A stretch of 64,000 bases of DNA, from contig CAMDSC010000002.1 in the NCBI GenBank assembly GCA_945907065.1, forward strand, positions 96,803 through 160,802, written 5' to 3'. Below, piece by piece: positions 10,221 to 20,697 of this stretch. Source of the stretch: Chitinophaga pinensis (GTDB lineage Bacteria > Bacteroidota > Bacteroidia > NS11-12g > UBA9320). Below the pieces are notes generated by a model. It did not search any database. It saw only the letters and a list, made by a program, of their open reading frames with translations, and was not told the DNA's origin. The first letter of the stretch is position 1. Every line of letters starts with the position of its first letter. Both the position numbers and the translations under genes were made by a program.

Positions 10221-13046
10221 ATGGAAAAAAAATTATTTTTATTGGATGGTATGGCCCTTATTTACAGGGCATACTTTGCATTTAACCAAAATCCTAGGCT
10301 TACAAGCAATGGGGTAAATACTTCAGCAGCATTTGGATTTACCAATACCTTACTTGATATTTTACGTAAAGAAAAACCTACCCATATAGGGATAAGTTTT
10401 GATACTGCCGCACCAACGGAACGACATATAGAATTTGAAGCTTACAAAGCCCACCGCGAGGCTATGCCAGAGGATTTACGCTCTAATATTCCATTTATTT
10501 TTAAAATTATTGATGCTTTTAATATCCCCATGTTTAATATGGATGGATATGAAGCCGATGATGTAATAGGCACTTTGGCAAAAAAAGCAGGGCAAAAAGG
10601 ATTTAAAACCTATATGATGACCCCTGATAAAGACTTTGGCCAATTGGTGGATGAAAATATTTTTATGTATAAACCCCCTCGCATGGGCAATACGTTTGAA
10701 GTATTGGGAGTAAAAGAAATATTATATAAATGGGAAATAGAACGGGTGGAACAAGTTATTGATATTCTTGGATTGTGGGGTGATGCTGCTGATAATATTC
10801 CGGGTGTACCGGGGGTTGGTGAAAAAACGGCTAAAAAACTGATTCAGGATTATGATTCCATTGAAAACCTTTTACAAAACACCCATATGTTTAAGGGCAA
10901 GTTGCAGGAAAACCTTATAAATTTTAGTGAACAGGCCTTGCTATCTAAGCGACTGGCAACCATTAATACCAATGTTCCCCTTGAGTTTGACGAAGTAGCC
11001 TTGCGTAAAGAAGACCCTGATGCGGAAAAAATAAAGGCTATTTTTACTGAACTGGAATTTAAAACACTGGCCCAACGCGTTTTAGGAACGCCGGTAACTC
11101 AAACTGTGGCTGCTGCTGCATCCTCAACCAAAGTAGACAAAGCTACTGCCAACGGTCAAGTGGATATGTTTGCCATACCATCCCATACCGCTGAAATATT
11201 GGCCAATGAAATTGAAGCTTCCAATGAAATTTTTAAAACAATTAACGATACAAAACATACCTATCATTTAGCTACTTCAGAATCTGAGATTAAAGAATTG
11301 TTAGCCGAATTTGATAAACACAAACAGTTTTGTTTTGATACCGAAACTACCGGTTTAGATGTTTTGGTAGCCGAAATTGTTGGTCTTTCCGTTTCTTTTA
11401 AAAAACAGGAAGCCTGGTATGTTCCTTTTTCAGCAAATCGCAAAGAAGCACAGGAATTATTGAACCGCTTTAAACCTTACTTTGAAAATGAAAGCATTGA
11501 AAAAACGGGACAAAACATAAAATACGACCTTTCCATACTTGCCAATTATGGAATTGAACTGAAAGGGAAATTATTTGATACCATGCTGGCCCATTATCTA
11601 TTGGAGCCCGACCAAAAACATGGAATGGATATTTTATCCGAAAAATATTTGGGTTACAAACCCGTTTCCATTACCGAACTAATTGGTAAAAAAGGAAAAG
11701 AACAACTTAACTTTCGTGAAGTAGACATTGAAAAAGCAAAGGAATATGCTGCCGAAGATGCGGATATTACCTGGCAATTGGGCGAAGTTTTTAAGCCCAT
11801 GCTTAAAGCCGAGCATACCGAAAAAGTTTTAACCGATATAGAAATGCCACTTGTTCCGGTTCTTGCAAGCATGGAACACGAAGGAGTAAAAATTGACAAC
11901 TCGGCTTTAAAAGAGCTTTCCACCCAATTACTAAACGATTCGCTTGAAATAGAAAAGGAAATTTATGAACTGGCCGGGGTTAAATTTAACATTGCCAGCC
12001 CCAAGCAATTAGGCGAAATTCTTTTTGATAATTTAAAACTTGACCCAAAAGCTAAAAAAACCAAAACAGGTCAATACCAAACCGGTGAAGAGGTTTTGAG
12101 TACCATGGTTCATTTGCATCCTTTACCGCAAAAAGTTTTAGATTTTCGTCAATTGCAAAAACTTAAATCTACCTATGTGGATGCATTGCCATTATTGATT
12201 CACCCTTTAACAGGGCGGGTTCACACATCCTACAATCAGGCGGTGGCAGCCACCGGACGATTGAGCAGCAACAATCCAAACCTTCAAAATATCCCGATAC
12301 GAACCGAAAAAGGAAAAGAAATTCGTAAAGCATTTATACCGCGGGATGAAAACCATATTTTGCTAAGTGCCGATTATTCGCAAATTGAATTACGGATTAT
12401 TGCTTCTATAAGCAAAGACCCCGGAATGATTGAGGCTTTTAATCAGGGCATCGATATTCACACGGCCACAGCTTCCAAAGTTTGGAATGTGCCAATAGAC
12501 CAAGTGGACAACGACATGCGACGAAAAGCAAAGACCGTAAATTTTGGAATTATTTATGGTATTTCAGCTTTTGGGCTTTCACAGCGGGTAGGAATAAGCC
12601 GTGGCGAAGCCAAAGAAATAATTGATAATTACTTTGAAAAATTTATTGGCATAAAGCAATACATGAGCGATACCATTAATTTTTGCCGCGAGCATGGGTA
12701 TGTGCAAACCCTTGCCGGCCGCCGCCGTTACATTCGCGATATTACCAGCAACAACCGCACGGTAGTTGGCTTTGCCGAGCGAAATGCCATTAATGCCCCC
12801 ATACAGGGAAGCGCTGCCGATATGATAAAACTGGCCATGATTGAAGTTGACAAAAAATTGAGAGAACATAAATTTGAAACCAAAATGATACTTCAGGTGC
12901 ATGACGAATTGGTATTTGACGTGCCAAAAAATGAATTGGCCGAAGTAACTCCGGTAATTATTAAAGCCATGGAAAATGCTATGAAACTGGAAGTGCCGGT
13001 AGTCGTAGAATCAGGAAACGGGATGAATTGGTTGGAGGCGCATTAG
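10221..13046 (+). CDS. polA: DNA polymerase I
   Basis: 5'-3' exonuclease (LLDGMALIYRAYFA, EADDVIGT), 3'-5' exonuclease (FDTETTG), polymerase motifs ADYSQIELR, RRKAKTVNFGIIYG, QVHDELVF. Confidence 0.98.
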   Translation: MEKKLFLLDGMALIYRAYFAFNQNPRLTSNGVNTSAAFGFTNTLLDILRKEKPTHIGISFDTAAPTERHIEFEAYKAHREAMPEDLRSNIPFIFKIIDAFNIPMFNMDGYEADDVIGTLAKKAGQKGFKTYMMTPDKDFGQLVDENIFMYKPPRMGNTFEVLGVKEILYKWEIERVEQVIDILGLWGDAADNIPGVPGVGEKTAKKLIQDYDSIENLLQNTHMFKGKLQENLINFSEQALLSKRLATINTNVPLEFDEVALRKEDPDAEKIKAIFTELEFKTLAQRVLGTPVTQTVAAAASSTKVDKATANGQVDMFAIPSHTAEILANEIEASNEIFKTINDTKHTYHLATSESEIKELLAEFDKHKQFCFDTETTGLDVLVAEIVGLSVSFKKQEAWYVPFSANRKEAQELLNRFKPYFENESIEKTGQNIKYDLSILANYGIELKGKLFDTMLAHYLLEPDQKHGMDILSEKYLGYKPVSITELIGKKGKEQLNFREVDIEKAKEYAAEDADITWQLGEVFKPMLKAEHTEKVLTDIEMPLVPVLASMEHEGVKIDNSALKELSTQLLNDSLEIEKEIYELAGVKFNIASPKQLGEILFDNLKLDPKAKKTKTGQYQTGEEVLSTMVHLHPLPQKVLDFRQLQKLKSTYVDALPLLIHPLTGRVHTSYNQAVAATGRLSSNNPNLQNIPIRTEKGKEIRKAFIPRDENHILLSADYSQIELRIIASISKDPGMIEAFNQGIDIHTATASKVWNVPIDQVDNDMRRKAKTVNFGIIYGISAFGLSQRVGISRGEAKEIIDNYFEKFIGIKQYMSDTINFCREHGYVQTLAGRRRYIRDITSNNRTVVGFAERNAINAPIQGSAADMIKLAMIEVDKKLREHKFETKMILQVHDELVFDVPKNELAEVTPVIIKAMENAMKLEVPVVVESGNGMNWLEAH

Positions 13047-13075
13047 GAATGCCAAAGACATTTAAGGATAATTAT

Positions 13076-13639
13076 CTACCCTTTCACCTTCAAATTATTA
13101 AAAACCCCATTGGTTATATTTACTGAATCCATGCGAATGGCATTGTTAGGGTCAGTATAATCCAACAAAAGAGCTTTGGCCGAAAAAGTGCCCGACATTG
13201 TATTGGCAGTATTTTTTGTCACATTAATAGTTCCACCTTCCAAGTACCATTTTTTGTCATCGGCATCTATATAAAATCCTATGCCGGTGTATTGGTCGTT
13301 TTCAATACTGAACACTTTACCTGAAGCAACTACTCCTTTGGGCATTGGGATAGCTATATCCAAATTAAATTTACCAGATTTGGCAAATCCTGTAAAGTAA
13401 GTTTTGCCACCATAATCTGCCTGAACTTTTGAAAATTCGATTTTTTGGCCATTAAAATAAAGGCTAAAATCAGGATTGGTATTTAAGCCGGTTACATTAT
13501 TTCCTCCACCACCACCGTTGTTGGTAGTGTCTTTTGGTGTAACGATTGGATTTACAGGGTCATCGCCACCTTGGCTGCAAGATGCAAATGAAAAAGCCAT
13601 TAAAAAGGCTGCGAATAGGTTGTTTATTTTTCTTATCAT
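13076..13639 (-). CDS. Hypothetical lipoprotein
   Basis: Lipobox FSFASC, Gly/Asn linker, beta-rich domain ending SGTFS...ITNGVF. Confidence 0.7.
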   Translation of the reverse strand: MIRKINNLFAAFLMAFSFASCSQGGDDPVNPIVTPKDTTNNGGGGGNNVTGLNTNPDFSLYFNGQKIEFSKVQADYGGKTYFTGFAKSGKFNLDIAIPMPKGVVASGKVFSIENDQYTGIGFYIDADDKKWYLEGGTINVTKNTANTMSGTFSAKALLLDYTDPNNAIRMDSVNITNGVFNNLKVKG

Positions 13640-13702
13640 AAAAAGTGAACGGCGAAAATAAAACTATTTTGGTACTCTCAAAAATGAATTAAGTTTGCAA
13701 TT

Positions 13703-14446
13703 GTGGGTAACCTTTATTTTGCATCCGATTTTCATTTGGGTATTCCTAATGCACAGGAAAGTTTAATTCGTGAACGAAAATTAGTGGCGTGGCTTGAATC
13801 CATTGCCCCCAATGCCGATGAACTATTTTTGGTTGGTGATGTTTTTGACTTTTGGTTTGAATACAAATATGTGGTACCCAAAGGCTACACCCGTCTGTTT
13901 GGTTGCCTAGCCAAATTAGCGGATAGCGGAATAAAACTCCATTTTTTTAAAGGCAATCACGATATGTGGATGTTTGGGTACTTTGAACAGGAATTTGGTG
14001 CTATCATTCATAGTGATGAATATATTTTTGAACGAGATGGTAAGAAATTTTTTATACATCATGGCGACGGACTTGGCAAAGGCGATGAAAATTATAAAAT
14101 GTTGAAAAAAATATTCAGAAGTGATCTGTGCCAACGCACGTTTGCTTTTCTTCATCCTTCGATAGGTATTGGAATAGCCAATTATTTTTCCTCCAAAAGC
14201 CGCTTGGCGCAAATGCAATTTGAAAATGAGGAGATTGATATAGAGAAAGAATGGTTGGTGCAATATTGCAAAGAGGTGTTGCAAACTAATCATTACGATT
14301 ATATGATTTTTGGACATCGCCATTTAGCTTTGGATGTACCGATGGGTAATACTTCACGTTATATAAATCTGGGGGATTGGTTTAAGTTTTATACCTATGC
14401 CGAGTTTAATGGAACGGATGTTGCTTTGTTAAAATACAATCCATGA
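13703..14446 (+). CDS. lpxH: UDP-2,3-diacylglucosamine diphosphatase
   Basis: SDFHLG, GDVFDFW, GNHD, HGDG, FGHRH and NLGDW metallophosphoesterase motifs. Confidence 0.9.
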   Translation: MGNLYFASDFHLGIPNAQESLIRERKLVAWLESIAPNADELFLVGDVFDFWFEYKYVVPKGYTRLFGCLAKLADSGIKLHFFKGNHDMWMFGYFEQEFGAIIHSDEYIFERDGKKFFIHHGDGLGKGDENYKMLKKIFRSDLCQRTFAFLHPSIGIGIANYFSSKSRLAQMQFENEEIDIEKEWLVQYCKEVLQTNHYDYMIFGHRHLALDVPMGNTSRYINLGDWFKFYTYAEFNGTDVALLKYNP

Positions 14447-14454
14447 TAACCTTA

Positions 14455-14527
14455 GCCACCAAAACACAGGAACACAAAAGAATCACGAAGTACATTGTGA
14501 AACTTAGTGACTTTATGCTTTCGTGGC
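14455..14527. repeat. Imperfect palindromic repeat (GCCAC...GTGGC, 8-nt cac periodicity)
   Basis: GCCACCAAAACACAGGAACACAAAAG versus reverse complement GCCACGAAAGCATAAAGTCACTAAG. Confidence 0.55.
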
Positions 14528-15330
14528 AAAAACTTTTAATCCTTTTAATTCTTTTTTGCTCATTCAATCTCAAACCTGAATTTAGTTTAGAAGCGGAAAT
14601 AAAAGGTCAGTTTAAATTCTTTACCACCGATAAATTGGGAAACGTATTTGTGTTAACCCTAAAAAATGATATTCAAAAATTTGATAAAAAAGGAAAGAAA
14701 TTAACCGAAGCAAATTTTAAGGTAATGGGCGATGCCACAATGATAGATGCAGGAAATCCTTTAGAAATTTATGTTTTTTATAAAGACCAAAACAAGCTGG
14801 TGTATTTTGATAATATACTAAACTACCGTGGCGAAACCGACCTTTATAAAACTCTTGGCGTAAATAATATCCAAGCCGTTTGCCGCAGTTACGACAATGG
14901 CTTTTGGTTTTTTGACCCCGATAATTTTAAACTTAAAAAAGCTGACAAGCAAGGTGACTTACAATCCGAATCCATTAACTTAGCCAATATTGCCGACACC
15001 ATTTTATCCCCTCAAATGCTTTTGGACGACGGAAAATTTGTTTACCTCAAAACCAATAACGACCGCTTATTGGTATTTGATATTTTAGGAAATTATATCA
15101 AAACCATTCCTTTAGAAAAATTCACATCGTTTCAAACTAAAGAAGAAAAACTTATTTATTCTACCTTCTCTGATTTGTTCATTTACAATCCTTCTACTTT
15201 TGAAAAAGATTCCTATAAACTGAATCAAAATACCCTTTTCAACAACGCGTCTTTTTTAAACATTCGATTAGAAAATGACCGCTTGTATCTTCAGGATTCA
15301 GCCAAGATTGGGGTATATTCAGCCCCCTAA
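14515..15330 (+). CDS. Conserved hypothetical exported protein (beta-propeller-like)
   Basis: Signal-like MLSWQKLLILLILFCSF, TDKLGNVFV and IDAGNPLEIYVFY segments; the ORF-track start 14443 would only add repeat-derived codons. Confidence 0.65.
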   Translation: MLSWQKLLILLILFCSFNLKPEFSLEAEIKGQFKFFTTDKLGNVFVLTLKNDIQKFDKKGKKLTEANFKVMGDATMIDAGNPLEIYVFYKDQNKLVYFDNILNYRGETDLYKTLGVNNIQAVCRSYDNGFWFFDPDNFKLKKADKQGDLQSESINLANIADTILSPQMLLDDGKFVYLKTNNDRLLVFDILGNYIKTIPLEKFTSFQTKEEKLIYSTFSDLFIYNPSTFEKDSYKLNQNTLFNNASFLNIRLENDRLYLQDSAKIGVYSAP

Positions 15331-15900
15331 CCCCCAAAGGGGAAATCAAAAAACACTATTTTCCACATTTTTTTTCAATAAAACAAAACTGCTCTTTATC
15401 CCATCTCTTTTTAGATGTTGCCTTTTTATGCCTGTTTAAATAATACAAACTCTTAGGGCAGTTATTCAAAAAATTATAATCTAAAGATAACATCCAAAGT
15501 GCTACTGAATATTTCGGTTTATGATTAATAGCTTTTTCTAAAGTTTGAATGCTTTTTCTTAAACGGTTGGTATCATTGGTAAACGCATACTGAATATAAT
15601 AGGCATAACCCAAGTCATAATAATACTGCTGAATATTTTTCTTTAATAAATTGGTATCAAAAGCTTCAAGTTTTATCACAGTTCGATTAACCAATTCTTT
15701 ATCCTGCTTCCCACAGGTTAATGAAGTCAAACTATCTCGTATTTCATTATAATCAATATTTTGAGCGCTAGACTTCTTGTGAAGTAGAATAAAAATAAGT
15801 GCTAAAAATACTACTTTTAATAGATTCATTCAGCTACGAAAATAAGACTTTCAAGATTCATATAAGTTTGTTTAGTTCACCCTTTGGGGGTTAGAGGGCT
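15321..15900. mobile_element. Inverted-repeat-bounded cassette carrying one cargo gene
   Basis: AGCCCCCTAACCCCCAAAGGG (15321-15341) matches the reverse complement of 15880-15900 (AGCCCTCTAACCCCCAAAGGG) at 20/21; mobility is inferred. Confidence 0.55.
15356..15829 (-). CDS. Hypothetical secreted TPR-like protein
   Basis: Signal peptide ending SSAQ; helical YYYDLGYAYY...LEKAINHKPKYSVALWML TPR-like pattern; has its own TATTTTCG box at 15837-15844. Confidence 0.65.
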   Translation of the reverse strand: MNLLKVVFLALIFILLHKKSSAQNIDYNEIRDSLTSLTCGKQDKELVNRTVIKLEAFDTNLLKKNIQQYYYDLGYAYYIQYAFTNDTNRLRKSIQTLEKAINHKPKYSVALWMLSLDYNFLNNCPKSLYYLNRHKKATSKKRWDKEQFCFIEKKCGK

Positions 15901-15922
15901 TTTAATATATCTTTGCAGCCTT

Positions 15923-16996
15923 ATGCTGGATAAGCTGGAAGCCATACACGCCCGATTTAAAGAAGTAGAACTGCTGCTAAGTAGTGCCGATACGATGTCG
16001 GACATGCAAAAATTTAAACAACTGAATAAAGAATACGTTGACCTAAAAGAGGTGGACGAAGTATATCAGGAATACCGCGTTTTAGTAAAAAATCTTGCCG
16101 AAGCCAAACACATTCTCAATACCGAAAAGGATGATGAATTAAAGGATATGGCCAAAATGGAAATTGAGGAATTAACAGCCCGACAGGAAGTATTAGAAAA
16201 AAATACCCGAGCCATGTTACTTCCCAAAGATCCTGAAGATGCAAAAAATGCCATCTTAGAAATAAGAGGCGGAACAGGCGGCGATGAAGCCAGTATTTTT
16301 GCTGGTGACCTTTTAAGAATGTATCTTAAATATTTTGAAAAGAAAGGCTGGCAAAGTGCCATACTGGATGAAAATGAAGGTTCTGCCGGTGGATATAAAG
16401 AAGTTGTGGTGGAAGTAAATGGAAGAGATGTTTATGGAACCATGAAATTTGAAAGTGGGGTGCATCGTGTGCAACGTGTTCCCGAAACCGAAGCCAGTGG
16501 ACGGGTTCACACATCTGCTGCAACAGTTGCCGTTTTACCAGAAGCAGAGGAAGTTGACTTTTTCTTAAACCCTGCAGATGTAAAAATGGAAACCTCGCGA
16601 AGTGGAGGAGCAGGTGGACAAAATGTAAATAAAGTTGAAACCAAAGTTCAACTTACACATGGGCCTACCGGTGTTGTGGTAATTTGCCAAACAGAACGAA
16701 CGCAGTTAAAAAACCGGGAAAAAGCGATGAACATGTTGCGGTCAAAATTATATGAAGAGGAAGTAAGAAAGCACGAAGCGGCCATTGCAGGAAAACGAAA
16801 AACCATGGTGAGTACCGGCGACAGAAGTGCTAAAATAAGAACCTACAATTACCCTCAAGGCCGGGTAACAGACCACAGAATTGGGTTGACGCTTTATAAT
16901 TTGCCCGAAGTAATGAATGGCGACATTCAGGAAATTATAGAACAACTTCAATTGGCTGAAAATGCTGAAAGAATGAAAGAAGGAGGAATGGCTTAA
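15923..16996 (+). CDS. prfA: Peptide chain release factor 1
   Basis: [21 protein letters not shown] (PxT motif), GGQ motif, [18 protein letters not shown] 15923 follows a promoter box. Confidence 0.97.
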   Translation: MLDKLEAIHARFKEVELLLSSADTMSDMQKFKQLNKEYVDLKEVDEVYQEYRVLVKNLAEAKHILNTEKDDELKDMAKMEIEELTARQEVLEKNTRAMLLPKDPEDAKNAILEIRGGTGGDEASIFAGDLLRMYLKYFEKKGWQSAILDENEGSAGGYKEVVVEVNGRDVYGTMKFESGVHRVQRVPETEASGRVHTSAATVAVLPEAEEVDFFLNPADVKMETSRSGGAGGQNVNKVETKVQLTHGPTGVVVICQTERTQLKNREKAMNMLRSKLYEEEVRKHEAAIAGKRKTMVSTGDRSAKIRTYNYPQGRVTDHRIGLTLYNLPEVMNGDIQEIIEQLQLAENAERMKEGGMA

Positions 16997-17085
16997 TTTA
17001 TAAGTTAAAAACTAAAAGTTTGAAAAATATTGTACCTATATTAATTCTACTTCTCATCAGCTGTCAAACTATTAATAAAAAAAAT

Positions 17086-17466
17086 ATGACAAAATCTATC
17101 ATCACTACACCAAATGCTCCTGTTCCTATTGGACCATATAACCAAGCCGTATTGAGCGGAAACACTTTATATATTTCCGGAGCTATTGCCATTGAAGTAT
17201 CAAGCGGCCAAATGATTCAAACCAATATTGAAGCTGAAACTCATCAGGTGATGAAAAATCTTGGCGAAATATTGAATGCCGCCAATATGGATTACTCAAA
17301 CATTGTAAAATCTAGCATTTTTGTAACCGACCTTGGAAATTTTGCAAAAATAAATGCGGTATATGGCAGTTACTTTAAAACCGATTTCCCGGCTCGTGAA
17401 ACCGTTCAGGTTTCAGCATTGCCCAAAGCTGCAAATGTTGAAATATCTGTGATTGCTGTAAAATAA
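17086..17466 (+). CDS. ridA: RidA/YjgF/UK114 reactive-intermediate deaminase
   Basis: APVPIGPYNQA, INAVYGSYF, PARETVQVSALPK, VEISVIA; a longer start at 17020 is possible. Confidence 0.9.
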   Translation: MTKSIITTPNAPVPIGPYNQAVLSGNTLYISGAIAIEVSSGQMIQTNIEAETHQVMKNLGEILNAANMDYSNIVKSSIFVTDLGNFAKINAVYGSYFKTDFPARETVQVSALPKAANVEISVIAVK

Positions 17467-17467
17467 A

Positions 17468-17487
17468 AAACGGGGTTTCCCCCGTTT
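17468..17487. terminator. Hairpin between convergent genes, probable terminator
   Basis: AAACGGGG-tttc-CCCCGTTT. Confidence 0.7.
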
Positions 17488-17519
17488 CAAATTATATTAA
17501 ATATTTAAGGATTACTTAC

Positions 17520-19019
17520 TTAAAATTTTGAAGTAAAGGTAATAACCATTGTGTTTCCTGAAAATTTATTCTCAGCTATAGCTTGGGGACGGCTATTATC
17601 ATTAAGTACATAAGGTTGAAAAACATCTTTACCAAGAGTATGAACCAAGCCAAAATCCAATGCCCAAGTTTTGTCTTTTATTCCCAATCCTCCTGTTACA
17701 TAATCCGAACGTTGATTAGTGTTAGTGCTTTCCAAAAATGGTGAACCATAACTTGCAAATCCACCTCTTAACCTAAATTCATCCAAAACTAATTCGCCAC
17801 CAACTCTATAATTAATAGCGGTAGTATATTTTTTACGGATATCATCATTCGCTATTTCCATAGCATTGTTTCCATCAGTGCTTCTCAATCGCATGGCTGA
17901 ATAATCCACTCCTTCCATATCAGCACTTATAAAACCCATTTTACCAATAATACCAGTTGCACTTAAAGTATAACGGCCTGGGGTTTGCAAACTATATTCG
18001 TAATTTCCCTTTTTGCTATCAAAATTAAAATTTGTACCATTTCGGATGGTTGAATTTATTGAAAAATCGTAGGTATCAGTTAAATTAATAATTTGCGGAG
18101 TTTGCAAACTTGCTCCAAATCTTAAATAATCATGAGGCTTAACAATTATCCCCAATCGTCCTGAAAAGCCACCGCCACGGGTATGCAAATTTTCGGAATA
18201 TGTAAAATTATCCATTGAATAAGGGCTCACATTAGCAGGGTCATTTGTTTCTGCATGAGTTCTGGTTTCTTTAAAATTAACTGAAGTATAACTTATGGTT
18301 GCTCCCAAATAAACCACATCGCTATAATTGCCAGCCAATGAAAAATTATATTCATTCATCCCACCACTTTGTTGCATTACTCCTTTTTGATTAATATTAT
18401 GAAATATGGGGCTAGCATTGGCTGCATATTTTCTATCGCCTATTGAATCAAACAGGTAAGATTCCCAAGCCATTGTGGTTTTTGAAGAAAATCCATTATC
18501 AAAATCGTCGTCAGAAGCACGAATTTGTTTAACAGTTGAGCCATTGGCACGTTCTGCAAAATAATCCATTAAGCTGGTTTGAGTATTAATTCCTTCAAAA
18601 TTAATAACCCGATTAAAATCAGCTACTCTGGCCATATTCATAGCAAATGTGTAATTTTTCCAACCCCGTTCATCTTTTTTAGTAGCAGTTTGATTGGCAA
18701 ACACCAACCCAAAATTGGGTATGTTCATTTTAAAAACATTATCTGCTACAGAATTACCCATATAAGTGCTAACATTTTTATTATTAATAAATCCTGCCGA
18801 AAAACTGAACTCGCCCTTTTTATACTGCGCCAATCCAGCTGGGTTTACTGATGCTGAAGAAACATCGGCTCCTAATGAACCAACCGCCCCAGCAATTGAC
18901 ATAGACTTGGCAGTACTTCCAAATTTTTTGTTGGTATAACGAATGGCATCCATGTCATTTTGTGCCATGGCTTGGAAACAAAACAATCCCATAAAGCCTG
19001 AAATTATAAACTTTTTCAT
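17520..19019 (-). CDS. OmpP1/FadL-like outer-membrane beta-barrel
   Basis: GSTAKSMSIAGAVGSLGAD...NPAGLA hatch motif, amphipathic strands, C-terminal Phe. Confidence 0.8.
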   Translation of the reverse strand: MKKFIISGFMGLFCFQAMAQNDMDAIRYTNKKFGSTAKSMSIAGAVGSLGADVSSASVNPAGLAQYKKGEFSFSAGFINNKNVSTYMGNSVADNVFKMNIPNFGLVFANQTATKKDERGWKNYTFAMNMARVADFNRVINFEGINTQTSLMDYFAERANGSTVKQIRASDDDFDNGFSSKTTMAWESYLFDSIGDRKYAANASPIFHNINQKGVMQQSGGMNEYNFSLAGNYSDVVYLGATISYTSVNFKETRTHAETNDPANVSPYSMDNFTYSENLHTRGGGFSGRLGIIVKPHDYLRFGASLQTPQIINLTDTYDFSINSTIRNGTNFNFDSKKGNYEYSLQTPGRYTLSATGIIGKMGFISADMEGVDYSAMRLRSTDGNNAMEIANDDIRKKYTTAINYRVGGELVLDEFRLRGGFASYGSPFLESTNTNQRSDYVTGGLGIKDKTWALDFGLVHTLGKDVFQPYVLNDNSRPQAIAENKFSGNTMVITFTSKF

Positions 19020-19057
19020 AATTATAAATTAATTAATATTTAAAATCGTAATCGAAC

Positions 19058-20647
19058 TTATCTGCCTCTGCCTTTTGAAGATGGGGATGAAGAACCACCT
19101 GAATTGCTTCCTGAAGGAGTCGTCCCGCCTCTATTTCCGCCACCATCATATGAACGGGGTGAAGGTGTATTTTTAGGTTCTTCCCTCCTTTGGTAATTAT
19201 TATTAGAAGGTTGATCATTTCCTCTGCTCCTGTTTTCAGGTGTTTCAGAACTTCGGCTCCTAGTTTTTCTTTCCTCCTTAGGTTGGTCATAAGTCGTATT
19301 TGGAGTATTATCTGGCTGATATGATCTGGTTCTATTTTCGCGTGTTTCTGTATTTTTTCCTCGTGTACCTGGAGTTGCTCCACTATTAGAGGGAGTTTCA
19401 TTACCACGAGAAGGAGTTTCATAGCTTCGTTCTTCCACAGTTGTTCTCCTATCTATTTCTCTCTTTCTACCAGAATTGTCACCATCGGTTCCTGTTGTGG
19501 TTCCATTATTATTGTTACCAGTTCTTTCTGAATTACTATTATCAGAGGATCTTGTGGTTCCCTTATTTCCATCACCAGAGGTCGCTTCTTTACTATTATC
19601 ATTTATTCTACCACGAGTATCCTTTGGATTATTACTACCATCATTTCCAACCATTTCTCCTCTTTTATCTTTTTTGGGATCATAAGTTGTGCCACCATCT
19701 TCAGGGTCTTGCTGCACCATTCCTCCTCTACTACGAGGTGAAATTTGGTCTTTACGTGAGTTAGAAGATGTATTACTTCCTATGGTTTCACGAGGTCCTG
19801 TCATTTTACCTTTATCTGGCCTATATCCTCCACCATTGTTTCCTCCATTATTGGTTGAATAAACATGCACCGGGCGATACCATGGACTATTATAATTATT
19901 GTAACCGCCATAATATCCACCATAACCGTTATTAAATCCCCCGTAGCCATAACCGCCATAACCGTAAGGATTGTAGTACCCATAAGGAGTTCCACCATAA
20001 TATGCATTAGAATAATAACCCCAACCTCCAGAGTAACCATACCAAGGATCATAAAAATTATTGTAGCAAGGATAATAGCTGGTCCTCCAACCCCAAGCAG
20101 GATAACCATAGTTATAGCCTACATTCCAGCCGTTCCAAGTATTATATCCCACCCAAAAACGATTTCGTGCGGGTCTATTCCATCCCCAAGTTGGGTTGTT
20201 GTAATAAGAGTTGTAATAACCACCGCCTTGTCTGTAATTATTATATAATGCATCACTATAGCCATCACTATAGCCATCACCATATCTCAATCGTTGAAAC
20301 GAACGCCCATAAGAAAAATCATCGTCATCATCATAGTTATAATCATTATTGTCAGAATAATTGTAATTATCATTTCTTGAAGAACTGTTAGGTTCTCTAA
20401 CTATTTCTTCAGCCTCCCCTTCTTTATATTTTTTATAAACAGGTTCTTCTACCGGGGTAGTTTGGGTATCGTATTTACTATTATCTACCTGAGTTGGTTC
20501 ACTTTGTTTTGGGGTAACTTCTTTTACATCCTTAGAGGTTGAGTAAACATCATCATACTGACCCAAATTATTACTTCCATTTTGTTTTAAGGTATTACAG
20601 GATCCAAGAACCAATAAAATAACGCTTAATTGTAATAGTGTTTTCAT
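19058..20647 (-). CDS. Low-complexity lipoprotein (Tyr/Gly/Asn-rich core, disordered Arg/Ser/Asn tail)
   Basis: Lipobox LVLGSC, YDDVY motif, compositional bias; same strand as and 38 nt upstream of the FadL-like gene. Confidence 0.75.
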   Translation of the reverse strand: MKTLLQLSVILLVLGSCNTLKQNGSNNLGQYDDVYSTSKDVKEVTPKQSEPTQVDNSKYDTQTTPVEEPVYKKYKEGEAEEIVREPNSSSRNDNYNYSDNNDYNYDDDDDFSYGRSFQRLRYGDGYSDGYSDALYNNYRQGGGYYNSYYNNPTWGWNRPARNRFWVGYNTWNGWNVGYNYGYPAWGWRTSYYPCYNNFYDPWYGYSGGWGYYSNAYYGGTPYGYYNPYGYGGYGYGGFNNGYGGYYGGYNNYNSPWYRPVHVYSTNNGGNNGGGYRPDKGKMTGPRETIGSNTSSNSRKDQISPRSRGGMVQQDPEDGGTTYDPKKDKRGEMVGNDGSNNPKDTRGRINDNSKEATSGDGNKGTTRSSDNSNSERTGNNNNGTTTGTDGDNSGRKREIDRRTTVEERSYETPSRGNETPSNSGATPGTRGKNTETRENRTRSYQPDNTPNTTYDQPKEERKTRSRSSETPENRSRGNDQPSNNNYQRREEPKNTPSPRSYDGGGNRGGTTPSGSNSGGSSSPSSKGRGR

Positions 20648-20697
20648 GATAAAAATATTTAATTATGCATTTAGTTTTAACTTTGCATTTTAATAAA

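Noticed and set aside
15884..15922. N-terminal extension of PrfA
   Set aside because: Derived from the IR arm and promoter; ATG 15923 matches the normal RF1 start
19033..20391. Several overlapping ORFs on both strands
   Set aside because: By-products of the low-complexity lipoprotein coding sequence; no independent signals
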